Part shown: positions 1 to 12,079 of the stretch, in pieces
How positions within the stretch are numbered: position 1 is the first letter of the stretch
Layout: each line of letters opens with the position of its first letter
Notes under the pieces: model-generated
Seen by the model: only the letters and a program-made list of their open reading frames with translations
What the model was told of the DNA's origin: nothing
Database searches by the model: none
Made by a program: the position numbers and the translations under genes
NCBI GenBank assembly: GCA_965649825.1
Contig: OZ287697.1
Location: 769,635 to 833,634, forward strand
Reading direction: 5' to 3'
Length of the DNA: 64,000 bases
From: Penicillus capitatus
Lineage: Eukaryota; Plantae; Chlorophyta

Positions 1-929
1 AGTCCTCTTCTCATGCTGTCGTCATGCATGACGAGCCTCCCGTACCGAACGTCACACCATTATCAAATCATCATGCGCATTCCCACATTCTACGTCTGAA
101 AAAATGCTAATCGTTATACGTGACTGTCGTAGCGCATGTAAAGGACGCAACGCGACAAACGCTTTGTTTAAAGAACAAGTCTGTTTGGTCCATCGCCGAT
201 AACAGACCCTCCGGATCCAGACGGACGACGGTATATCGGCGATCGAGATGACAGATGACGGCATCTGTTATCTCATCGATAATAAGCTCACAGGCAGTGG
301 TTACCAACATATTTAAAGCACACACAACTGTAAAATACACAAATTGATTGATCTCAATTCCGAGCCATTCTTATCATCTATTCTCGGTTCTTACCTTAAG
401 AGAAGTCTTGGGCAAATAAAACTTCCGCTTCGCAAAAGAATGTCAGAACAAGGAAAAATTCGCGTAGAAGAACTCAGCTAAAGGGGAAGATGTGCAGCCA
501 AACCAAACGCTCCCCGATGCTTGAAGACGAAGATTCGCCAAAAATACTCTGTCGATTACAAATACTTTTATCGTCGATTTGTTAAACCATCACGGCCAAC
601 TTGCGTCTCTTTTTACATTTCTGTTTTCAACAAGTGCCATTCACTCCTATTTAAAGAGAACTGAAACTCGGGAGGACAAGTAGATCAAACCAAGGTAAAG
701 TGTCGCACGATAACACTCAGCAGTTTTGCATTCTTTGAACGGACAGACAAAGACAAGTCCGACATTCGGCGCCACTTCCGGGAATGGTGATTGCTTTTTA
801 AGAGCACAGACAAGGAGGTTCTATAGACCGGTAGAAAAATAGATTCCCCCAAACCAGCGCAGAGCAAACTAAAAACCCAGCCAAGAAACGAATTTTATCA
901 TCGACAGACAGAAAACAGATTGATTGGGT

Positions 930-2974
930 TCATCTGTTTGTGTAGAATGGCGCCTCCGGACATTCTTCGCGAGTGCGAATCGGAACCACGTTGCAGCCAC
1001 ATCCATCCAAAGAGGTGTCGTACCCTTCGTCGGTACAGCACCTCTCCAGGTTGGCCCCATTCCAATTCCATCTGGCACAGAAGACAGTCGTCATGGAGCA
1101 TTCTTTGGTAACGGTGCACCTGTCGGGGGCAGAACCGATGAACTTGTCTTCGGGATCGAGCGCTCTCACAGCACACCCGAAATCGCACCAGGTATCCTTG
1201 TAGTGCTCTGCGCCGTTCCAACATCCGGAATCCGGCCATCCGGCCTTGCCCCAGTGCAGACGACTAGGTGAACAGGCTTCGTCGTCCACGAGGTAAGCAA
1301 TCAGCTGCTTGAACGGCAAATTGCTGGATCTAGGTCTAGAAAGCACAACAATGTCAAAGAGAGTCGGTATCCGAACTGATCACCCACTCGCGATTGTAGT
1401 AAAAGAAGTCGACAAGTTGAAACCAGACGTATGCTCGGTCATACGCAACTGACAACAATCCACTCTCTTTTCCGACGAATCTGATAAGCAGAGGCTGTCG
1501 CAAAAATGTCCCGGCTGACAAATCCTCGGCTAGATTCAAAAGGCCGTCTATACACTCTGCTGCTTTTTCCAACGGCACACCGATTTCGTATTGGTCAATA
1601 GATCCCGGCTCATTCACACCCTCTGCAGGAGTTAGTAACTCCACTTCATGTGTTTCTCCGGTGACGTTTCCAAACAGAATCGATAACGAAGCTGGAGAAG
1701 ATTCGACAAGCGATGCTGTCAAATCCGGATCGCTTAGATTCAGATTTGGAGGAATCGGATCGGGGACGGTCCATTCGATACCATCAACAACATCGGAGCC
1801 AGATCCCCAGAAATGGAAACTGCTCGAATTGCTACGCTCTTCGTATTCTCTTACAGGAGTTGCTTGGTAGATCTCTAATCTGCGAGAGTTGCATGTCATT
1901 TCCGCATCGCCTTCTTCAACGTCTAGATTTTGGAGTGTCAAGCGCGTAAACTGCAGCTCCATCTTTAGCGGTATTCAGACGCGGGCATTTCTTACCGTGG
2001 TGTTTTCAGAGAACGCGATGAAATACGTGACACCTGCTATCCACCCAGGGATCGCGTCACCCGAAGCGTAAGCTGCTTGAATCTCTCGGATTTCCGATAA
2101 GAAGTCCTCGCGGACAGTCGACTGCGTGATGGTCCTCTTGACCAGCCTCTCGCGAACGATCCGCATCTTCACATCGGTCACAACTCCGAGGCGTCCGACG
2201 CTGACCTGGAACGCCCTGAAGTACAGCGGATGTCGATCTGGGTAGATCTCCGTCAGCGTTCCGTTGGCCAGCACCACCCTGAAGCCGATCACCTGGTGTG
2301 AGAGCGAGTTGTCTACCAAACTGCTGCCGTGTGTATTGGTCGCAATGGCCCCTCCGATCGTCTGATTAACATAGATTGGGGCTTTTGCCAGAGCGTAACC
2401 TGGAAGCATCATTCTCGTTCTCGAGGGAAGACGCGTGGACTGAAAGCACCTCTAGGCGAGGCATCTGTGACGTAGTCTCCGAGGAAGCTCATCAGATCCC
2501 AGATGATCGCTCCCGCGGAAACCCACACGGACATCTCCTCTTCGTCGACATGGATCTTGAGAGGCCGGATGCTGGTCATGACGATGTTGGCTGCCGTTTT
2601 TCCCTCTTCGAATGCAGCATCGGCGCAAAAGAAACCCTGTCGCAAACGCACACGTGTCAGGCAGATGGGTTTGCGGTGGATGGCAGTGGCGCTACTCTGT
2701 TGAAGGAGTGGCCAACGCCGACTGCAGCGACGCGATTGTAGCGCTCCACCGCTTTCTGCACGTCGGCGACTTTCCTCGGCCTGTGTCAGCGGTGACGTGT
2801 CAGTGCAGAGAAAAGACTTCATTGAAGACGAGCCCACCTGACGAGGCGGACTCTGGTGTCGCATACGTATTCGTTGGAATAGTTGCTCAGGTCGTCCGGT
2901 AGACTGCAATTCGCCGAGCGGAGGACGCAAAGCAGCGTGAGCCAAACTGCAATTGTTCGGCAGGCCGCGGACAT
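930..2974 (-). CDS. FAD-linked oxidase of the L-gulonolactone / D-arabinono-1,4-lactone oxidase (ALO/GULO-like) family, multi-exon, N-terminal signal peptide, Cys-rich C-terminus
   Basis: Exon ORFs 2819-3064, 2409-2945, 1975-2412, 1354-1962 and 930-1346. FAD-binding motif TIGGAIATNTHGS, VSVGRLGVVTDV, and the C-terminal HWGK motif (RLHWGKAGWP). Hydrophobic N-terminus MSAACRTIAVWLTLLCVLRSANC with ATG at 2974. Confidence 0.8.
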
Positions 2975-3321
2975 CTCGCCTGGAGAAATTCGTTTTTTGG
3001 CGAGAACTGGTTCGTGTTCAAACGAACGCTTCAGAAGTTTTCGAGAACCCAAATTCAGCTGCAAAGTAGAAACGCAAACACGGGAGAACGTTGCAGCGCT
3101 AAAACGGCGGTGCCGGATTTACTGCCGAAATCATGCAGACAACGAGGCATTTCTGACTAGTTGCTAAAAACCACGTGTGTGTCGGAATGTACCTTCATTC
3201 CTCCATGTGGACGTCATGCAGAAAATTGTCCGTCGACAGTCGAAAAGCACGGCTGAGTGTGAAGGTTTTCCGCGACGACCAGACGTTGAAACTCTTTTTG
3301 ACTCGGAAAACTGAGGGTGGG

Positions 3322-3527
3322 TGACGGGTAGAGGACAACGGTTGCGGCCCTGCGGACCGGACAGGCTGTCCACTTCCTGATATGACAGCGGTCCGCAGGC
3401 GCCGAGGGTACTTAAGTGACTGGACTCGCCATGTAATCAGTCTCTGCATTGACTCTTTACAGCTCCTCCGTTTCTGCACACGCGTTGGCGCGTTCGCGTC
3501 GCGCCGAAGTCCGACGAATCCCCGTCA
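3322..3527 (+). repeat. 5' LTR (206 bp)
   Basis: Identical by eye to 4173-4378. Starts TGACGGG, ends CCCGTCA, and contains TGTAA (chlorophyte-type poly(A) signal). Confidence 0.95.
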
Positions 3528-3530
3528 GAC

Positions 3531-3546
3531 TGGTGGACCTCCGGGG
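3531..3546 (+). promoter_or_regulatory. Primer-binding site of the LTR element (probably tRNA-Ala-complementary)
   Basis: Begins TGG 3 nt after the 5' LTR. Its reverse complement CCCCGGAGGUCCACCA fits tRNA positions 61-76 with C61, U70, A73 and CCA. Confidence 0.7.
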
Positions 3547-4172
3547 CAGTGGCGCCCTCAATGCCACACGTGGAGGGGCAAGGTGCTGCCGTCAGTGGGT
3601 ACCCGACCGCGGAGATTCCGACCCCGTCAAGCGACCTGTGGAAGACGCTGCTGAGTCCGCAGCCGGAGAGACGACGCTCTCCACGAAGCCGGCCGACCGA
3701 AGACCGACGGCATGATGTCCGTCCCGTTCAGGGCTGATGTGCGCGGCCATCGGCACGGAGGGGCCTCGACGAGCAGGCGGGGTGGCGCGCGCAGCGCGAG
3801 CCGATGAGGCTGTGGCGTCGCTGCTGCTGCCCGTAGACATCCCCCTGTGGGCCCGTCAGACCGACCGGTGTGCGCTCGCACCCGGGTTTTCCTTCGCGCC
3901 TGTTTCCGTGGGCTTTCATTGTGTTGCGTCCTCCGTCCGCGCAGGGCAGTCGCAGACCGTAGTCGCGCTGTCGGTGCCCACGATAACGATGTGACAGGAG
4001 CATCGTGCGCGACGGAGCGACTGTTTCATTTTTTGTAATTTTACATTTGATTGTTTGCGTCGTTTTCTCTGAGTGTCTGTGGTGACGCGACGTTTCTTTC
4101 CGCGTCTTTGGTCGTTCGCTCCCCGTTGGAGCGGTTGGCGCGAGGACGTTATGTCAACCGCTGGGGGAGTCC

Positions 4173-4378
4173 TGACGGGTAGAGGACAACGGTTGCGGCC
4201 CTGCGGACCGGACAGGCTGTCCACTTCCTGATATGACAGCGGTCCGCAGGCGCCGAGGGTACTTAAGTGACTGGACTCGCCATGTAATCAGTCTCTGCAT
4301 TGACTCTTTACAGCTCCTCCGTTTCTGCACACGCGTTGGCGCGTTCGCGTCGCGCCGAAGTCCGACGAATCCCCGTCA
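4173..4378 (+). repeat. 3' LTR (206 bp)
   Basis: Identical by eye to 3322-3527. Preceded by a polypurine tract and followed by the TSD GTGGG. Confidence 0.95.
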
Positions 4379-4539
4379 GTGGGTGTTGCATCCTATTCTG
4401 GCCACGTACGCGCCAAACAATCACAGCCGAATCCTACTGAGTTTATCAACAGAGCAAGGCGTATGTGATCGATCGGCCGCGCACGTTTCGCAAATGAGCC
4501 ATCGTTGAAAATTAAGTGATCTGGCTTCCACTTTGCATC

Positions 4540-6060
4540 ACACTTCTAACAACTGATTTCTCATGGCCATCGAGAAGCAGAGTTGGTCCTTGGTCCTTGC
4601 GATGATGAACCCGACTTGCCATTCTTCGTTCGCTGAAGTCGGCCCTTGTATTGATTCTAAAAACTCAAACGGTTCATCAATAACGATGATCTCGGTGACG
4701 TTTGAGAGAAACTTCTTCCTAACCGTCCGATTGCAGCACATCTATGACAGTACTGCAATGGATATGCCCTACTACTTGGTCATCATCACCTCTAACGGAC
4801 TCTTCCGTGCAGAGTAATGATAAGTTTTCTGACAGCTGTCGAGCATCATATTCATTGTCCATTATCAAGAACTTTGATTTGCCAATGTTGCCGAATACTG
4901 CCCTTTTGAACAATACCTACATCAGCAGGAGGATATTTACTCTTCTTTCGGCAGCCACACAGCGATATTACTCAGGGATCGAATGCAGCTGTCTATCCAT
5001 TGATTCATGTAAGACCTGTCTCGGCAACGAGTATGTTTGTATCACTGGAGGGACGTCTGTTGACCTCACTGGAGTTCGTATTCAAATGCGAACGGTGTTG
5101 ACAATAAAGCGTTTTAAGAATGGAAAATACGTGTGCTCTCTGGCTCCTTCTTTTTGTTGTCTTTATATGTAACGATTCTACATCGGATCTTCATTCAATG
5201 CGAGTCGTCCGCCAAAAATTTCTTCTTTCGGGCGGCTTCCTCCGGACTACTAGAACGCGTTCTGTGCTTCGCTGTTCCAGAATCGACGTCTCTGTCGTGG
5301 CAGAAAGAATCCACAGCGCCTTCACAGAAGTTATCTTCGTTTTAGCACCAACTGTTGGTACCTGGCACTTAGGTCTGCATCGAGAACCAAGGTCGTCCCG
5401 CAGCCGCCGCTCTTTCGGACTTTGTTACCGCGTCACTGTTAACGGCAGATGATGAGATCGGACTCGATGCCCTTCTCCTTGAGCTAGGGGTCAGACCTAT
5501 CTTGTCGCATTCATGCACGGAAAGGATCACCCCTCTAGTATGGTGTGGATGCCATTGAAGCTCCAGGCAATCGACTCACATCGTCAGACAGAAGTTACAG
5601 ACGTCAGTGGATCTTGACGGTATTTTGCTACGGAGTGCTACCTGCAAAGAGAATTGGATCTCCTTCTGCAGGTCGTAATGACCCGAACGCTATTTGCAGC
5701 GATGTGTGAAGCGAAAGATGTCACATCAGAGCGTCTTCAGCAGTTGTCCGAGAAAGACCCCTCATTGTTTCGCATCGTCTTGGTCACGTTGCAGCAACTT
5801 ATGACACAGACGACGGATCAACAAATTAAGTTCGATCGATCCCTCGCAACCAGAGGCATGGTTCTACGTCTCCTGCTATCATGATGGCCGCTGTATACAG
5901 GAATCTCGGGAGGCGTGGCATCGCTGTGCATTGTGATCGCGCCTCCATTTATGCCGATCTCGCAATTGGTCCTGCTGACAGTGAAGCATCTCAGAGAGAT
6001 GAATTCACAAGAGAATCAATCCAACTGACCATTACGGAACACATTCTATCTAAGTCATCC
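4540..6060 (+). CDS. Possible multi-exon gene for an uncharacterised protein
   Basis: Short ORF pieces flanked by GT/AG signals, e.g. VCIENQGRPAAAALSDFVTASLLTADDEIGLDALLLELG and VVMTRTLFAAMCEAKDVTSERLQQLSEKDPSLFRIVL. No recognisable domain, and the model could not be assembled fully. Confidence 0.3.
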
Positions 6061-6068
6061 ACTGTCTC

Positions 6069-8785
<2,717 letters not shown>

Positions 8786-8883
8786 CGGGCGAACGAACGA
8801 ACAAGTCTCTTGCTTTCTTTGACGACGACGAATGAAAAGTCGAAATGTTCATCATCGAGACAGGCTGTCCGTTTGACGTCACA

Positions 8884-10158
8884 TCACAGTACACGCATCA
8901 CAACACACTTTAAATAGTTCCCTTCGGGGTGATTCAAATCGTAAACGTGATCGGACGCTGCGCCTGATTCGCGAAGGATCGTCAGTCGTTTTCCAATCTG
9001 GTCAGCCGCTTCCCACATGACCTTGACGAATCGATCGCGATCAATTGATCCGGAACACGAAAAGGACATTAATACCCCGCCGGAACGAACGATTCGCATC
9101 GCAGCTCGATTCAGCTTCCGATAACGCATCAGAGATTTTCGCTGATCCGTTCGCGTAAATGCCAACTTCGGCGGATCGAGAATCACGATGTCCCATTTTT
9201 CATCATTCGCAGCGTCGACGCGCAGTCGGTTGAGAATATCGCCACATTCGAATCGACAACACGAATCGACGCCATTCAACTGCGCGTTACGCGTCGCGAG
9301 ATCGATCGCCGATTGCGACGAATCGACTCCCAAGACCTCCTTCGCATCGCCGAGGGCGGCGTTGATTGCGAATCCACCAGTATAGCAACAAAGATCCAAA
9401 ACTTTCTTTCCGTGTGAAACCCGTCGTAGAACTTGGCGATTCTCGCGCTGATCAGTGTAGAATCCCGTTTTCTGACCCGACAGCGACATCCGGAATCGAA
9501 CGCCTTCTTCGACGATTTCGATCGTATCGTTCATCGTTCGCTCGGATCGTGTGTTATAGATCGCTTCCTTCGCACCTGGGATTCCTTCTTTATCGGTAAT
9601 GACAGGTCGCAATCTCCAAACGACGGTGTCTACCGCCAGCTTCGACTGCAGAATGCGCACGATAGCCTTTCGATGCATCTCGAGCCAAGCGACGCCTGAA
9701 TGTACGACAACGATGTCGTCGAATCGATCGACGATCACACCAGAGAGACGATCGCCGTCGCTGTTGATGAGACGGTAAGCATTCGTCGTCGACGATGGAA
9801 AGCCCATGAATTCACGTAGTTTCCGAGCAGCCTCCAGTCGCACAGCAAAGATCCGCTCGATATTGAACACTGCTTCCAGATCTTCTTCGCACTCTGCAAG
9901 CGACTGCATCATGCGGACGCGGTAGATGGAGACTGGATTGTATATCCCCCAACCGATGATCTTGTTTGACGCATCCGACACGACGACGTGGTCACCGAGT
10001 TCTGCTTTGGGCCCATTGATGTTGTGTATCGATTCTTGAAAGACGATGTTGTTCCCACGCTCCACAAAAAACGCACAGCCACGTCTAAGGGTTACCAACG
10101 GCACATCTGAAAACAGAAACGTCGTATAACACTGCTGAAGGAACAACGCGAACTTCAC
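8884..10158 (-). CDS. RlmI-like SAM-dependent rRNA m5C methyltransferase with PUA-like N-terminus (probably organellar; true ATG likely in an upstream exon)
   Basis: 424-aa ORF with AYRLINSDGDRLSGVIVDRF, GQKTGFYTDQRENR, KVLDLCCYTGGFA and DIVILDPPK. Confidence 0.9.
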   Translation of the reverse strand: MKFALFLQQCYTTFLFSDVPLVTLRRGCAFFVERGNNIVFQESIHNINGPKAELGDHVVVSDASNKIIGWGIYNPVSIYRVRMMQSLAECEEDLEAVFNIERIFAVRLEAARKLREFMGFPSSTTNAYRLINSDGDRLSGVIVDRFDDIVVVHSGVAWLEMHRKAIVRILQSKLAVDTVVWRLRPVITDKEGIPGAKEAIYNTRSERTMNDTIEIVEEGVRFRMSLSGQKTGFYTDQRENRQVLRRVSHGKKVLDLCCYTGGFAINAALGDAKEVLGVDSSQSAIDLATRNAQLNGVDSCCRFECGDILNRLRVDAANDEKWDIVILDPPKLAFTRTDQRKSLMRYRKLNRAAMRIVRSGGVLMSFSCSGSIDRDRFVKVMWEAADQIGKRLTILRESGAASDHVYDLNHPEGNYLKCVVMRVL

Positions 10159-10470
10159 CGCGGACGGCGGCCGCGTGCAACACCCTCAGCGCCTCTTTGC
10201 CGGATTCGTTTGTTAGACGCCGCGTAAGAGGAGGGAATTTGCGTACGTCGCTCGGACCGGCAGTTGATGATCGTTTCCTGTATCGACTGCTCTGTCTTTT
10301 CTCAGCCGACGCTCCTGCAACAAAAGACTCCGATAGATGTGTGACAATGCGAATTGCTTTCTGCCTTGCTGTGTGCTAGACACGAAGAGGCGCGCAGATC
10401 GTGTCGCTCGAATCTGCAACATCGTCAAGGGTTCGATCGCGTTTAGTGAAAGGACGGATCTCAATCGGCG

Positions 10471-11490
10471 ATGGCAACTGCGTTCAGGAGTGGATCATGG
10501 AGCTACGAGGCCGTCCATACTGTTACGACGTTGCACAGACGCAACCATGTCAGCTGCCGAGCGAGTAAACAGACAACGAGAGAGAATGGCTCGACGCCGA
10601 CCGTGCCATTCAACGTCGCGACGAGCGTCGCCGTCTCTTTAGCGGCGACGACGCTTTTCTGCTCAACAGATATCGCCTTGGCAGCTCGTGTACAGGTCAG
10701 ACTTCGAACCAGCGTCAAGCACCGAGCGAAAATTGGCGAATTTAGGGAGGAGATTTCGGGGATCTCGATCCGTTTTCATCTGCCAAAGTATGATCTCGAA
10801 GAAGCTGTTGCCAAACTGACGGCCTGTACTTTAGACTGGAGTGCAAGTCGCCGAACCAAAATTGAAATCTCCATTCGGTCCTGCGCCGCCGCCAGAGAAA
10901 GAGGCACCCAAGGTTCATTGACCCCATTCCCGGCACGGTTTAACAGAGAGAGATCACAGGTTGCCGAACCGTTACCGCCGCCGGTAGCTGCCTCCAAAAA
11001 GATTGTCAAGAAACAACAAGCGCCTGCAAAGAAACCCGTTGCCAAATCGCAACCTGCCAAGCCTGTCCAGAAGGCACAGCCGGTTCAGCCACCATCGAAG
11101 CCATCACTCAGTGATCTTCTCGAAGAACGGAGAAAAGAACAAGCGGCTCAGAAGATTGTCAAGAAACAACAAGCGCCTTCAAAGAAACCCGTTGCCAAAT
11201 CGCAACCTGCCAAGCCTATCCAGAAGGCACAGCCAGTCCAGCCACCATCGAAGCCATCACTCGGTGATCTTCTCAAAGAACGCAGAAAAGAACCATCTGT
11301 TCAGAAGATCGTCCCGCCGACCAAACCCGCCGCCGCTCCTATCAAAGGAATCTCGACTCCGTCCGTTTCACTGCCCACCCTCTCCACTTCTTCCAAAGAC
11401 GCCACCGAAGCTGGCATCGTCGTTGGCATTGAGATTTTGTTGGCCCTCATTGCCTCGTCGACTGTCAGTGGGCTCCTAAAAAAGGCTTAA
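10471..11490 (+). CDS. Uncharacterised plastid/thylakoid-type protein: transit peptide, Pro/Lys/Ala/Gln-rich repeats, C-terminal TM helix (probably 4 exons)
   Basis: Transit-like N-terminus ending in a hydrophobic stretch and A-x-A (SLAATTLFCSTDIALAA). Three ~50-nt GT-AG introns in 10697-10959 give ...ARVQ/GGDFGDLDPFSSAK/TGVQVAEPKLKSPFGPAPPPEKEAPK/VAEP. C-terminal GIVVGIEILLALIASSTVSGLL. Confidence 0.7.
   Translation: MATAFRSGSWSYEAVHTVTTLHRRNHVSCRASKQTTRENGSTPTVPFNVATSVAVSLAATTLFCSTDIALAARVQVRLRTSVKHRAKIGEFREEISGISIRFHLPKYDLEEAVAKLTACTLDWSASRRTKIEISIRSCAAARERGTQGSLTPFPARFNRERSQVAEPLPPPVAASKKIVKKQQAPAKKPVAKSQPAKPVQKAQPVQPPSKPSLSDLLEERRKEQAAQKIVKKQQAPSKKPVAKSQPAKPIQKAQPVQPPSKPSLGDLLKERRKEPSVQKIVPPTKPAAAPIKGISTPSVSLPTLSTSSKDATEAGIVVGIEILLALIASSTVSGLLKKA
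10999..11313 (+). repeat. Coding tandem repeat, 153-bp (51-aa) period, 2 full copies plus the start of a third
   Basis: AAGAT(T/C)GTC recurs at 10999, 11152 and 11305. The peptide KIVKKQQAP(A/S)KKPVAKSQPAKP(V/I)QKAQPVQPPSKPSL(S/G)DLL(E/K)ERRKE is duplicated. Confidence 0.92.
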
Positions 11491-11561
11491 GCATATTGCG
11501 CGTTCGTCCCTTTGTCCATCTTTTTGGTAAATCAGAGATTTTGTTTGACAGAGTTTCGGGA

Positions 11562-12008
11562 CTAGATGTCCACAATCACAAAGACTTCCGCAAATCCTTC
11601 GCGTTCCACGATCTTCATCGCGCTATAAGTAATCGCCTTCACTTCGGTACCCCTCTCGCGTTTCGTCCAGTCGAACACCTCGCCAGTGCCTTCGGCTTTG
11701 ATGCTCCATGGATCACGGCGCAACTCAACCAGGCGTAGTGTACGACATACGCGGAGCTCTGTATGAAACTGAAAGAGACACTCGTCGAGGAAAGCAAACA
11801 ACAAGGATTCGACATCGTGCCCTTCGGCTTCGAACGCGAAATTCACCTCCCCGGAGAGCCCTTCGATCGGCGTCATGTAGTTATACATACCTAATGCCGC
11901 GTGCAGCAACGCCTCGCCCAGACCTGACCCCCATGCATGAATCTGCACGTCTGCTGTGTGGTCGAGATATTCAAAACAACGTTCGGGTGGATCCGAGATG
12001 ACAGACAT
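11562..12008 (-). CDS. Archease (RtcB tRNA-ligase cofactor)
   Basis: FEYLDHTADVQIHAWG, LLFAFLDECLF, GTEVKAITYSAM, EVFVIVDI* are archease family signatures. Confidence 0.95.
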   Translation of the reverse strand: MSVISDPPERCFEYLDHTADVQIHAWGSGLGEALLHAALGMYNYMTPIEGLSGEVNFAFEAEGHDVESLLFAFLDECLFQFHTELRVCRTLRLVELRRDPWSIKAEGTGEVFDWTKRERGTEVKAITYSAMKIVEREGFAEVFVIVDI

Positions 12009-12079
12009 CGTCCAACAAAGCGTGTCACATAAATGGGTGCCGTACGTTCGTACGTGCGTGCATCCAGGACGCATGGTTT

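Larger units (their letters stand above)
3322..4378 (+). mobile_element. Non-autonomous LTR retroelement (TRIM-like), 1,057 bp, intact
   Basis: Two 206-bp direct repeats (3322-3527 and 4173-4378), each TG...CA with TGACGGG/CCCGTCA inverted ends. 5-bp TSD GTGGG at 3317-3321 and 4379-4383. PBS-like TGGTGGACCTCCGGGG at 3531-3546. Purine tract GGGGGAG at 4163-4169. No gag/pol recognisable in the 645-bp interior. Confidence 0.93.

Noticed and set aside
1-900. Short ORFs at the window start (52-264, 107-340, 685-867)
   Set aside because: No recognisable domain. They could be a gene cut by the window edge but cannot be supported from this sequence.
3728-4003. ORF inside the TRIM (LLSHRYRGHRQRDY) loosely resembling a chromodomain start
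   Set aside because: It is on the strand opposite to the PBS/PPT polarity and lacks the conserved Y-L-V-K-W core.
10471-11490. Single-exon 339-aa reading of the ORF track
   Set aside because: Three short GT-AG introns in 10697-10959 give a more coherent Pro-rich protein. The open frame through them is probably fortuitous, though untested.
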